This document shows, piece by piece, positions 14,070 through 27,452 of a stretch of DNA of 64,000 nt. The notes below the pieces were generated by a model. That model was not told the origin of the DNA, searched no databases, and worked only from the letters and a program-made list of their open reading frames with translations. The DNA lies in contig OZ024746.1 of assembly GCA_964016885.1 (NCBI GenBank), positions 66,340,001 through 66,404,000 of the forward strand, given 5' to 3'. The translations under genes were made by a program, and so were the position numbers. The DNA is from Eledone cirrhosa. Taxonomy: Eukaryota. The first letter of the stretch is position 1; every line of letters begins with the position of its first letter.

Positions 14070-17045
14070 TAAAGTAAAATAAATAAGTCAAATGTTTAAA
14101 ATTTGGCTTCGTTTATTACTGTGACAGCCATCAGTGGCTGTGACCTCTTCAGGCAGTCCGAATTAGTGTGGTAGAGACGAGTACACATGTTGTTGAGGTG
14201 TTTAACTTTGTCAATACTTTGATATGTCCAGTTCCTGGTTGGGTTGTTATTTCACCGAGGAACTGGAATCATATGAATTTAAACAAACGAATTTCGACGT
14301 CAAAGGACATCTTCTCCTCTCCTTGGTCAGTTGTGGGTGCATTCCTCCGGCAAAAATCTATAGAAATTCGTTCTGAGGCGAGGCAATCTGTAGTGGTTGT
14401 TCTTATTATTGTTAAGTACGTCTGACCTCTACTCTTATGTTGGTAGTGGTGTTGGTGTTGGAGTCAGCTCAAAAAAATGATAAAGTGGTAGAAGGAATAA
14501 GATGGTAAAGGAACAAAATAAAATAAGATAATCAAATAAAATGTGTGTGTATTATATCCAATCTCAATGTTAGAAAGATTTGTAAGGTCATTCCTCCCAT
14601 TGGTCAGTTGTGAGAGCATTCCCCAGTCAAAAGTCTAGAGAAATTCTTTCTGGGGTGAGGCTACCTGTAGTGTTTCTTTTTACTATTGTTAAGTACATCT
14701 GACCTCTACCCTTATTTTGGTAGTGGTGTTGGTGCTGTGGTCAGCCTAGGTCTTTCTGCTGCTGACATTTAGAAGTATCGGTGTGTGTTTCTTCATCCAT
14801 CCTGCCACCATTTCTCGCCATGCATATGAAGAAATAGAAGGCAATAAAATGAAGAAAACAGAAATGAATAATAAATAGAAAATAATAGAAATATTAATGA
14901 AAAATGAAAAATGAAAAATGAAAAATGAAAAATGAAAAATGAAAAATAAAAATGAAGATTCAAATAAAAGAAAATGTGTGTGTGCTATAACCAATCTCAA
15001 AGTCAGAAGGATGTTGTATAAAGTGATAGGAGGAACAAGGTGGTAAAAGAATAAAACAAAATAAGATAATCAAATAAAATGTGTTTGTGTTATAACCAAT
15101 CTCAACGTTAGAAATATTTGCAAGGTCACTCCTCGCATTGGTCAGTTGTGAGAGCATTTCTCAGTCAAAAGTCTATAGAAATTCTTTCTGGGGTGATTCT
15201 ACCTGTAGTGTTTCTTTTTGCTATTGTTAAGTACATCTGACCTCTACCCTTATTTTGGTAGTGGTGTTGGTGCTGTGGTCAGCCTAGATCTTGCTGCTGC
15301 TGACATTAAGAAGTATCTGTGCGTGTCTTTTTTCATCCATCCTGCCACCATTTGGTGGTGGTGGTGGTGGGCGTGTGTGTGGGGGGGGGGGCATGCATAT
15401 AAAGAAATAGAAGGCAATAAAGGGAAGAAAACAGAAAACAAATGAAAAATAAAAAAAATGAAGATTCAAGTAAAATAAAATGTGTGTGTGTTATAAATAT
15501 GTTGGCCAAATTAGAAAGGCTGTGTCAGAATCAATCTCTAGGCTATCATGATGTCTGCTCAGCCTGGGTGGGGCCCTATGGCTTGAGGGCAGTTCCCAAC
15601 CTATGGTGTTGTTACTGCCCATATAGCTTGAGGGAGGTCAGGCCAAGAGGTGTCTACATGTTCTGGAGATGTCCCTATAGCTTGAGGGGAGTTCACATCT
15701 CAGTGTGTTTTTACTGTCCATATAGTTTGAGGAAGGTACCGGCCCTGAGTGTCTTATGTCCTGAAGAAGTCGATTCTGAGGTTTATCAGGCGGCTTCCAC
15801 CTCTTAGTATCTCGAGGGTCTCGTTCAGACATAATTTGCATATGCCAGATCCTCCTTTATCGGGTAGTACTTTCCTGATTATGGACCAGGCCAGAGAGTA
15901 CGGGGTCCTGTCCAGCTTAAGCTTCCAGATCAGGTCGGAAAGGGCCGTACTTTTCCTTTTGGCCTCCTTATTGGAGGAATGACGATGGTTATACCAACGG
16001 TCTTTAAAGCTCGTTGATGTGGCTCCTATGTAGAGGTGTTCGGAGTTGGGGGTTTTAACCCTACATCCGTATATTAGGTTCTTCGTAAGGCATTCATTAC
16101 TAAGGGGGCATGATTCGGGGTTTCTACAGTTGCAGAGGGTGGTCGACCTCTGCGTGCCTAGTGTGGGGTTCCCGTTACGTGTTACATGGTGGTCTTCCCC
16201 CGGGAACGGTAGGGTATCCCCGGGTCTGTTTGAGTTTATTGGGTGGGCACTGGGTCCCCCCTTCTCTCCTTCCACATTGTTCTGCTGGGTGGTTATATTG
16301 CCATCTTCTGGTTGCGTGCGGTTTTTAAGCCTACTCCTATGTGTTGCGCCAGGTTTCTCGTGGTAGAATACGAGAACTTCACAGTGTGTCTGTTGAAGAT
16401 ATTGTGGTATATATGGTCCCTAGGGAAGTATTTATCAAGTGCTCCAAAGAATGATCGGGCCAAGCTGTTCTTTAGGGCTGCTGAGTAGGGTGGGTTGTAC
16501 CACGTGATTTTTCTGCGTCTACTCCTATATGGGTGGGTTGGCGGCGTCGTGAGTTGTTGGAGAGTTGTTGGGTTGCTTGTGGTTACCGCATTGTTGCTTC
16601 CCCTTTGGGCGCTATGCGCTTTGATATCTTCACGGCCCGAATCTGTGGGTTGGTTTTTACCCGCGCTGGTTGATCCACTGTGGGGTGGTCCACCGTTACA
16701 CCCCCCACCCCCACCCACACACACGTGTCCTGCGGTTGGGGTCATCGGGTCCGGGGTGGTTAGCATCACCCCTCAGACTGCTACATATATTGGGTTTCTT
16801 CTCATGGTTAAGCGTATTCGTCACCATCGCCCGTGTGGTGGTGTCGGGCTCATGGTGCTTATTTGTTTCTGTTCTGCCTGTATTGTTAAGCTTCGCCCCC
16901 TCCCGGGCAACGCGGGTATGGGTGTCCGTTGTGCCATCCTCATCCCGGCGCCTCAGACTATATGTTATATTTTGGCCATGTGCTGCCTTATTTAGAGCTG
17001 CGCTGTAATATTCCGCGTAGTTATCGAAGATTTCCTTATTTGCGT
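14070..17045 (-). mobile_element. Penelope-like element, 5'-truncated at (TA)n, with long internally duplicated 3' UTR
   Basis: WYNPPYS..DKYFP..HNIFNRHTVKFSYS (ORF 16293-16769); CNCRNPESCPLSNECL..LIY..YIGATSTSFKDRWYNH..CKLCLNE..LIN (ORF 15754-16275). HHR remnant at 14117-14157. Confidence 0.92.
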
Positions 17046-17073
17046 ATATATGTATATATATATATATATATAT

Positions 17074-17141
<68 letters not shown>

Positions 17142-17273
17142 TATATACATATATATATATATGTTATATATATATATATACATATATATATACATATATA
17201 TATATATGTTATATATATATATATATATATATACATATATATATACATATATATATACATATATATATATGTT

Positions 17274-17370
<97 letters not shown>

Positions 17371-18719
17371 TCTATATATATACACATATTTCTATATATA
17401 TATCTGTGTGTGTGTGTGTGTAGATATATATATGTAAACTCATATACACAAGAATATGCGCTTATATACATACTTATACGCATATACGTAATCATGGCCT
17501 CATAGAAACTTCCAGAATCTGACATGCTCCACATGGATGAAAAAGAAATTTGAAATAAATATAATAGAAACAATATGCTACAATGAATATTATGCAATCG
17601 ATATTGTTCAAGAAATAAGAATATTTCTAAAAATGGCAAGTGTTTTTGTATTGTTCTTTTTAAACCGAATTTATATAAAGCGTCTCTAGTTTTTTTCATA
17701 CTTTTGTCTTGATTCTCGTTTCATCTTTGCACTTTTTTTCCTACTTTCTTTGTTCTTAACTCAAATGCGGTTCCTTTGTTCTTCTTCTTGGGTGAATAAT
17801 GGTTCACTATATCATATACTGCGTCTTTCACTGTTATTGCTGTTGCTATTCCCTATCTCTAACTGCTTCTACTGCTGCGTCTAATTCTACTTGGAATAAT
17901 AAAGTCGTTATTTCTTTTTTTTCATTTTTCGTTTTCGTTATATACCTGTTTTTAACATTCTGAACTTATACTAATAATTGTTTCTACTTTTTTTTTTATG
18001 AAGACAAGGTCACATATTGTACTGAAGTTTACATTAAAATTCGTAGCTCCCAGCATTTGCCGGATGCTTATTTTATCAATGGATAACAAGGAAATTTGTC
18101 CTCGACGTGATATGAATTTATAGGAACATAACGAATTACTACAAATAAACAAATTTCTCGATTGAAACTAATGGTAACAGAAGGATTAGCAAAGCTTATA
18201 ACAAAACTATTTATTTCTGATATGTGTTGCGATGACTCAAACTTGGTGGCACGAGATATATACTATTATATCTCGCAGTATCTGAATTTTACTTTATTTA
18301 ATCTGCTGTGGAATGATGAAAGGTATATTTCTCACGACATAATTTGACTTCAGAGAGTAAAGCTCCTGAACAAATATTTTCCAAACGCTAATGGGTTTGA
18401 TACATGAAGTGATTTTTTAACATGGAGAAGAATTTACAAATATTAACGGATGGGTAAAGATGATTTCACACAATCCAACTGTTTTTGTTCTCTACTTTAT
18501 GATATTGACAACGGAGGAAAGACATAAGTCCGGTCTAAATAGAACCAAGAACGTGAAATGTGGCAATATATTACTGTCAGGCAAATTATTTGTTGATCTG
18601 CCAATGTTGGAATCCATTAATCTCATCTTAATAACGAATTCAAAGATTACATTATTAACGGATTTAGAAAATAAAATAACTGCTACTTAAATAATATGTA
18701 TGCACTTCTCAACGTTTGT

Positions 18720-18850
18720 GAAGGCGCGTGGCTTCGTGGTCTGAGTGTTGGACTCGCTATTGTGAGGTTGCGAGTTCAAGTCTCGGACACGGTGATGAGT
18801 TGTGTTTTTGAGTAAGACATTTTAGTTCACGTTGCTTCTTTTGCCACGAG
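18720..18850 (+). mobile_element. tRNA-derived SINE, family 2 (head and central domain)
   Basis: ggcgcgtggcttcgtggt (A box) ... gagttcaagtctc (B box) ... gttgtgtttttgagtaagaca; homologous to 27175. Confidence 0.7.
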
Positions 18851-20095
18851 ATGCAACCGGTAGATTGTATCAACAATGGAAAAACCAAAGGGAACATCGT
18901 TGTCTTGATCCTATTTCACGAGGCCCACCCCTTTCGGCCAGCGAATTATGTCTGGGATATTGTGGATCGATCAGAGCGAGAGCGACTTCTCAATTTTAAA
19001 GGTGGCTTATTATTACCAGCATATACCCAATACCAATTGATACCAGTGTGTGATAATATTAATCACCATTATTTGTGTGTATATTTTACCACAGAATAAT
19101 ATTGTAAATAGCTTTATACTGTATTGATTTTCTTCAGTTACAGAGATAAAAAATGGGGAATAAAAAAATGAAAGGTATGTATGAGAATATACAGATATAC
19201 TGACAGTGAGATATAGTATAATTAGAATTTTAATAAGACTGAAATCGAAACACATTTGCATACACATTTGTTAACTAGGATTGAAGAAAGAAAGCCAAAA
19301 AAATAAAGCGTGTAGTTAAAGAAGTTTTTTCGTATCTGAGATACTTACTCAGAAACATTTAGATAAATCATTAAGAAAATGTATGAGGAGGTTACGTTTC
19401 ATAAACTATGGTATGTGTTGCCAATATCTTTTAGAATGAGAAGGCGATGAGATATTCAACAGAAGATTTGCAAGTAAATGTCAAGTAATTTTATTTCATC
19501 GACACTAGCTTGAGAAAGAAATCCTGAAAAGTCGATCCTCCAGAAAGCAAAATAACGTAAGTAATGCAGCTATATGCTTTCTCCCAAACAGATTATCAAA
19601 GGAGAACGTAGCTGTATAAACCAGAAATTATAACTCAATATCTAGTGCACTCAAGCAACCTCCTAAACCTATTTGACATGAGTTGTAAACCATGAAGCAT
19701 TTTTCCCGACTTTATTAACTTCATAAAGCGCCTTTCACTAAAATACCGGAGGATTTCTGAAGTTTAATCTCCAGAAATTGAAGGATGAACAAATGTAGAT
19801 TTATTGCTTCAGATAAACTGCAAATAGTTTATACTCTATATTGTGACATCTACCTTCTAGCCATCTAGACTATTGTTGCAATATTATTCGATTTTTATAG
19901 TCAGTCTTGAGTGATTTCCACCATGAATAGTGAAATTTCTCCGCGGAAAATAATACTATATAGCACAATGAAATTATTTGCAAATCGTTTACAATACTAT
20001 TGAGAAAACATAGCGGCTTACAATGATGTTAAATCAATATTTCTTGTTAGGTTACCTGACATTACCCTAACGCCAGGTAGATCGGTGGATTGGCA

Positions 20096-20290
20096 AGGGC
20101 GGTGGATTGGCAGTATCGGTAGAGGGGCGGACGCCATGCTTTGACGTATTGAGTTACGGCCCTTGCCATTCTGAGTTCAAATCCCGCCTAGGTTAACTTT
20201 GCCTTTCGTCCTTACGGGGTCGATAAAATAAAGTACCAGTAATACACTGGAAATAATTGCTGGCCTTGTACCAAAAGTAGAAACAATTGT
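20096..20290 (+). mobile_element. tRNA-derived SINE, family 1 (Nin/Deu-like central domain)
   Basis: ggtggattggcagtatcggtagag..gagttcaaatccc..aactttgcctttc.tccttacggggtcgataaaataaagtacc..ggccttgt..aaacaatt. Confidence 0.85.
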
Positions 20291-23200
20291 TATATATTAT
20301 TGTTATGTTTCTAAATGTTAATTGTTGTTTCATCCTTATCAATTACATGTTAAGTCCTCATATTTCTGCAAAAACAATAATAATTACAAGCTATGGAATT
20401 GATCTACTGACGTCGTCTATTAGATTTATCTACAGAATTATGAAATTTTCAGACACAAAATCTTGCATTCGATCAGTTTTCTCACTATACTTTTCTAATG
20501 TCTTTTTCACTTTGCTAGATTACCATACCCAATGAAGATATCAGACGAGTAATCATTGTTGGAGAGAAAGGAAAGAGATGGTATTCTTTCATGACCCTAC
20601 ATTATTTTAATGGCTGTGTAATTTTCTAGGTTCTTTAATGTGATATCTTTACAAGATATGAATCATACATAAACTCTCTAGTGTCTACTATATTTATTAA
20701 TTAGAATGCAACGTGATTAAAAATAATCCTCAGAAGAACGAAAACAAAACTGATAACATATACAAAGGGTTCATTGTAGATAAACAAGTGTATTGTTTTG
20801 GTGTTTGGAGATAAACTGATTAAATTAATTATATGAAATAAATCAATTTGCCGGCAAGATATTGAATGAATTATAATTAAGTTGAAATGAAGCAATGCAT
20901 GTATGTCTTTTATAAATGTATAGCGTGTGAAGTATTTCAATTGGAGAAGAGATAATTAGTAACATTGATGCTCTTTTGATGGTTTACGGGAACATAATAT
21001 AGATCTTAAAACATCAAAAGTAACAACACTCAGATTACTTCGAGCCATGCCAAAATCCTAATGTTTAGGCGGTGAATCAATAAAACATATCTCCGTCATC
21101 ATTTTGAAGACAAAACGGGACAAAAACAATTGTCCTTTTCACTTGGAAATTTATCACTTAGTCAGGAGAGAAGTACATTGGCAATAACCCTATTCCTGAA
21201 CAAAAGAAGACTTTGTTACAGGCACACAAATAGAGCCGCCCTTCATTTAACTATGGAGGTTAAAATCGGAACATATGCCACATATTATCGTATCATGTGG
21301 TTTAAATTCTCGGACGTATAGTACGTTAGCCTTATATATTATTTATTGACATATGTAGTATAAAAGGTAATGATGAAATTTGCGTAAGCCTACTTGTGGC
21401 ACCGACAAACTCAAACATGATGTGGCCTTTATCAACGTGGGATGTCATAGGTGTTACTGGAAAAATTATCCGAAAGAAAGGGAACAAATGTAACTGGATT
21501 TTCGTCGATTAATAATTAATTCAGTTACATATTACAATTTTGATTGAAATATTGTTTGTTGTCGAAATTCAATGTACTAAAATGTCAGTGTTAGAAACGG
21601 ATGCTCTCTGCAATACACCCACACTTGTAAAACCCAACTTTTTATTTAGTTTTGTTATGAAAATTATAGCTGAATATCGGAAACCTTGGAAATGTCATAG
21701 TTGTTGAGAACTAAGATAAATATTATAATGACATATGTTTTTTGAAATAGTTTACCTCACATGAGTGGATAGATGGTAATTGTAATCATTGCACTGTCTT
21801 ATCAGTGTAATTATTATATCATTTTATTAATATAATCCTTGGGCCTTTGCCTTGTGCCTAAATCAGAAACCATTATTATAATTCTTAATTACTACTGTCA
21901 TGATTACACTATTAATGACTTGTATACAATGCGTTTAATCATAGTATATACCTCATATATTGCTATTAACTAGGCTAGTCCTACTGAATGCAGAATGTCT
22001 AAATGGCTAACTACTGTTTGTGATAGTTAATAGTCTATCTATTAAATTAAATGTTTAATTAAGTGCCTCACAACGTCCCTTTGTCATGAAGTAAGCGATT
22101 CTAACTTAGAAGATGTATTGTTTGTAAAATATCTTATGAATTTGAATCAGTAAAATCGATCATATCTAGATATTAATGCTCGTGAAATGATTGACAATTT
22201 TTGAAATAAATATTAATAAATATTACATATTTTGCAGTCGTTTCCTTCAGTTTTCCAACAGTTTTAGAAGCTGTTGCATTTCTCAATGCAACACATATAT
22301 GCGCGTGATAAAAGGTCTTTAAAGTAGAATTCCATTTTTCTCCTACTGCAGACCCTTACTACATTCTCTAGTTAAATGTTCTCTCTCGTTTTATTTGTCA
22401 ATTTTCTAAACATAACCCTAGCCCTGATCCACATTCTCGAATATATTTATCTGGGTGATATAGGTACATATATTATAAAGGCTGTAAATGTGGATGAGGC
22501 ATTACGGCTGCGAAATATACTATTTTTAAGGCTTTTTTTTAAGATATTAAAAATGTTTAATGAATTAAAATCATAAGAAAACATTAGCATTATCAAATGA
22601 AAGGATGACAACACCGGAATTCAAATTGACATTAAATGAAATCGAAGCGTGACTGATGAGCGAGACTCGTGAAATCCGAAGTGTAAAACCACCTTAGTGA
22701 GGTTGAGACTCACACTAATTTGCTAGACAGTAGAATAAATAAGGATATATAAGATTATATTTGAGATAGTCTCCTATATCATTATGTTAATGTTTATAAT
22801 GTGTGGCTGTTTTTTACCTGAAACTTCTATATTCTCACAGCTAGCCTAGAGCCTGGTAATTCCGAATAGGAATGCTTGAGTGGAGAAGACTAACAACCTT
22901 ATCAAAACAGGAACTGCCACCGTATTTCTCAAAGAACAAATTCGTGCACGCAGCATGTCTCAATTAACATTTTAAACAATTTTTGAATAATTAGTTGACG
23001 ATAATGATTTTAAATATGATTATGGATCTTCTTTTAAATGCGAAGAATTATTTACGTATGATATTCCCCACATAAATTTGCATAGAAACACCAAAGCAAG
23101 CACGTATTCCACTCCCACACACACATACATACACCTCAGTGGCTTTCCGAACATTTTCCTGAATCCAATTTAGTTGACAAGTATATGCATGAAACATTAA

Positions 23201-24577
23201 ATAATTAAAAGGGCATTAGTGATCCTGTTCTATTTGTATCTGCATAACTTCAATTAATCTCCTTATACTCTGAACTTTAACATTTATCATTGTCACATTG
23301 AAACATTTTCACTCTTGATTTAGGATGTTGACATTTTCAAAAATTTGATCAATTACGAAATCCGACTTCGATTCTCTTAAACAAAGACAAATAATTAATT
23401 GATATTTTAATCGAGTTAATCTATTGAATATTTTGAACACTTTTCTAATGATTTCAACCGCACAGGGAAATCCATTTTGCCTACTTGAGGCTATACAACA
23501 TATAAAACGAAATATAGGAACACAGGGCGTCTTCCTTTGCAAATGTCTCTAGATGTCCTTTTCATGCAGCCATAGAGAACCAATTACTCACCAATTTGGT
23601 TGATTGTTCATATTTATCACACTAAATTTGATATGAATTGTAACTTTCATTGCTCGTTATCTGAATAATTTTGCTTAGGCGATTTTCTCTGTGTATAGAA
23701 CTTAGAAATAGATTAATTAATGGGTTTATTGGAGCTCAAATTAAAACGAATTTCGCCTGCATCATAAAGGAATGTATTGCAAATCTCTAATAATGTTCAG
23801 TATTAAGGATTTTAAGCATATACCGCTTGTCCTAAATAACAGCAAATGTGTAGCAAATTTGAAATCAACATATGTTTTAAACATTTAAGTTCTCCGGCAA
23901 CCAAGCAAAAAACTATTGTTTTCCTAACAGATTAATCTCATATCACTTAATACAATTCAAAAGATCATGAAGCCAGCAAAATAATATTACGTCTCCTCTA
24001 AATGTGACGCGTTCTCAATACATAGTAACTACAAAAACCAATAACTATATTAATATATATATATTTTAACAAAAACATGTTCGTCAATCACTAATTTCAA
24101 TTATTGTCCGTTAGTTACGTAGATGGAGGAAAGGTAAATTAGAGAGAAACATTTGGCAGCAGTGATAATAATTGCGGTGGGAGGTTAAGAGTCAAATCTT
24201 GGCGTGAGGTGAAAGCTGTACCGGTATGAGGCAGAAGGAGTGAGTTGTTTATTTGAGTGTTTATGAAATGGGAAAGACGTAACGTTGCTGGGTAGAAGAA
24301 AGAGCAGGTTATTTATTAATAGTATGTTAATAACATAATGAATTGCACAGTATGATATACTGAGACTTGCAATATGTGACGTTGATGGCAATATGTGACG
24401 TTGATGGCTTTTCTAACGAATTGCACTATTTCATTTAACGAATGAAGAAATTAGAAGGATTTAATAAATTATTTAATTGATAAGATTATTATCAAGCATT
24501 CTAGCATATGTTTCTTATATAAAATTATTTGTGGAATATTTTAACTAACCATTTAATATGTGTGTTTTTGTTTATAG

Positions 24578-24656
24578 GACCATAACCTGTTTTTGGTTGA
24601 GTTGCATAACATTTGGGGTTGTGACGGTGGTGGACAAGGGAAGGCCAATTCAAAAT
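24578..24656 (+). other. Candidate host exon (79 nt)
   Basis: ctaac branch-like motif at 24545, tttttgtttatag acceptor and gtaatt donor. GC-richer than flanks; two frames open (DHNLFLVELHNIWGCD.. / TITCFWLSCITFGVVTVVDKGRPIQN). Confidence 0.3.
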
Positions 24657-25286
24657 GTAATTTTGTTCTTACTAACGATTCTTTCTTTATTTATGCGATT
24701 ATTTAATGTAATGGTGTAAATTTTGATGATGATAAATAATGACATAATGATTCAAATGATAATATGATGAAATATAAACATGACCGAATCCAAGTAGTTT
24801 TAAATAAGCATTGGCGACAACAATTTAGATATGAACTCGGGATCCTAAGTTAGATATTAACTAAATAACAATTTCTGAAATATATCAATAGCAGAAACCA
24901 AGAATTCAAACAAGAAAGTCAATATGATGAGCTGTACTTATATTTGTAAAACCGATACGCGAAATATTTCCCTGCAAGTTTCTGCTCGCCATGCAACCTT
25001 GAGCAAATATCTTCTAGAAATCCATGGGCATGGGTTCACATTGGTAATGATGTTTGGAAACACAAATACAAGAACAAACTACACACACGCACACATACAC
25101 ACACACATACGCACACGCACACACATACGCAAGCGCGTATATTCATACTCGTAACAAAAGCGCTGCCTAAGGTTCTAAGGTCCAATATCTACTATATCTC
25201 CAGTATGTAAGAAAGATCAAAATTGTGCTGAAATGATGCTGTTAAAAGTAATGTCTGTTAAGATTCAAAACTATTTTCTTATATAA

Positions 25287-26620
25287 ATAGATTCAAGCAG
25301 CGTCTTTACATGCATACTCATTCTTTTCGTTACCCTCTTAGAAGGAATATGACGTCACTTTCAGCTTATATCTGGAGTTTAAAAGACAACCACACCCAAT
25401 TTAAGTTACACTGGGAGATCCTAGCTAGGGCTAGATCGTATAACGGAAATAAAAGACCATGTGACCTCTGCGCCGCTGAGGCCCTGGAAATACTCTACGC
25501 CACAGACCACATCTTAAACAAAAAGTCTGAGGCAATTTCGGCTTGTAAACATAAATTGCACAAAACTTTCCTGTATTACAGCCCCACATTATACCCTAAC
25601 GGATAGTACGATCTATACATGGATTTTTTACGTCTTGATGTGGTAGCTAAGTATATGTTTTGTTTATACCATTACTTATTTGCATAGGTAAGTATATATT
25701 ACCTGTATGGTTTGTGAAGGTACGTATACTTTCTCATACGTATATTTGATTGATTATGTTATGGCGTATACATTTTTTATATTTTCTGGTACATATGGTT
25801 TGGTTATGTGTATACGGGAGTTTTGCGTCTGCGTGTGTATGCAGGTTCGTACGTATGTAGGGTGTGTGTATATGTGTACTTCATGTTTTGGCTAACTTAC
25901 GTCTCCAAACATTTGTGTGTTTACATGTATGTATGTGGGTGCGCTTGTTATATACGTATTTATTTATTTATATACGTTTATTTAATTATCTATTTGTATA
26001 CACGCACACACACATATTTATATGTGCGTGGTTTTATATACCTATGGCAAGTGTTTTGGGTATGCTTGTGTATGTACGTATTTGAATGTGTGTATGGATT
26101 TATTTAATTTCTATTACCCCTGTATTGTATTTATTTACTTTATTCTTAACTCTGAAGCGGAGATTCATTCGGTTTCCTATTTAGAATTTAGTCTACGACT
26201 TCAGTTATACCATTTACGTGGTTTTGTCTTTGCGTGCAATTGTTCTCCACGCAACACATATGACGTATTATTTTCGTTTTTTCTGTTCATTGCCAGAGAA
26301 CGTCTCTATGAACCACCTAAGAGAACATTAGTCTACGACTTCTTTTATACCATAAACGTGGTTCTGTTTTTGCGCGTAATTGTTTTTCACCGCTCCTATT
26401 AATGACGTATTATATTGTTTTTTCCCGTTCTTTGCCAGGGAACGTTTCCACGAACCAAAGTATCGGCTTCCTGTCTTCCTCCAGTTGCAACGTTTTTTGA
26501 AATATCCACTTCTGCGTTTACAGATTGACTTTGTTAGTTTCAGAAGATCCCGTTAAGGGTGAAAGCAGCGATTCTTTGCTTAAACATTAAACTGTTATTT
26601 TAATAAATAAATATATATAT
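25287..26620 (+). mobile_element. PLE 3' fragment: GIY-YIG C-terminus (to 25606), 3' UTR and variant HHR (26537-26585)
   Basis: RFKQRLYMHTHSFR..TSLSAYIWSLKD..LHWEILARA..PCDLCAAEALEI..LNKKSE..SACKHK. The 3' part is near-identical to 62553-62910. Confidence 0.85.
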
Positions 26621-26686
26621 ATTTTCTTATTCCCACCTACGGATATATATATACATTTATTTAGAAAGTGAACAACACAATACATA

Positions 26687-26762
26687 ACCACTCCATTACC
26701 AAGCGTTTCTGGATCCCAGACAATATTAATATATGCCTGGATCGTTCATCAGACAGAGTGGT
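26687..26762 (-). ncRNA. Type-I hammerhead ribozyme
   Basis: accactctgt-CTGATGA-acgatccaggca..tgtctgggatcca-GAAAcgcttgGTA-atggagtggt. Confidence 0.75.
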
Positions 26763-27174
26763 ATGAATAGAAAATATATATGTGTGTGTGTGTGTGTGTG
26801 TTTCTGTGTATGTGGCGGTGTTTCTCTGTGTGAATTTATTTCAAGTATTTTTGCGGTTCCACAAAAAGGATCGATACAATGAGTGCCAGACGCCAACAAA
26901 TAAATGTCCTTGGTTGAGAGTGTAAACCGGTAAAATCACATATTGACACCTATTTAAATATATAGTCTCCTCTCTGCAGTTAGCGAAGCAGATGTTATTA
27001 ACGCCGCAAACTAAGGCCTCACATTGTTACATTCGCTATATATCCATGAATATCATACTGGATATACGTTTTACAGGTCATTACCTCATGCTCATCTCTG
27101 CTCTCACTCATTCCTTTCTTTTCTGTTTAATCTATCCATCTGTTTCCTTTCACTCCCTCTGTTAATTTCACTGT

Positions 27175-27452
27175 GGAGGCACGTGGCCTATTGGTAAGAG
27201 TGTTGGATTTACGATCATAATTTTCGTGGGTTCGATTCCTGGGTTGCGTGTTGTGTTCTTGAGCAAAACTCTTCATTCACGTTGCTCCAGTATACTCAGC
27301 TGAAAATGAATACTAGCAATAGCTGGAGGTTTAACCCTGCGATGGACTGGCGTCCTGTGAAGGTCTTGTATTCTCAGTCGCTTCACGCCATGAAACCGGG
27401 ATAAGCACCTGCCAAATGAGCCTTCTGGCTTAAGACAGACTTTTTTTTTTTT
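27175..27452 (+). mobile_element. tRNA-derived SINE, family 2
   Basis: ggcacgtggcctattggtaagag..ggttcgattcc..ttgtgttcttgagcaaa..ccctgcgatggactggcgtcc.. T-rich tail. Confidence 0.75.

Noticed and set aside
20096-20290. tRNA genes (A/B boxes) at SINE heads
   Set aside because: No cloverleaf, and they continue into a multicopy SINE body.
24371-24408. 19-bp tandem duplication (similar 17-bp one at about 49783-49817)
   Set aside because: Ordinary slippage duplications.
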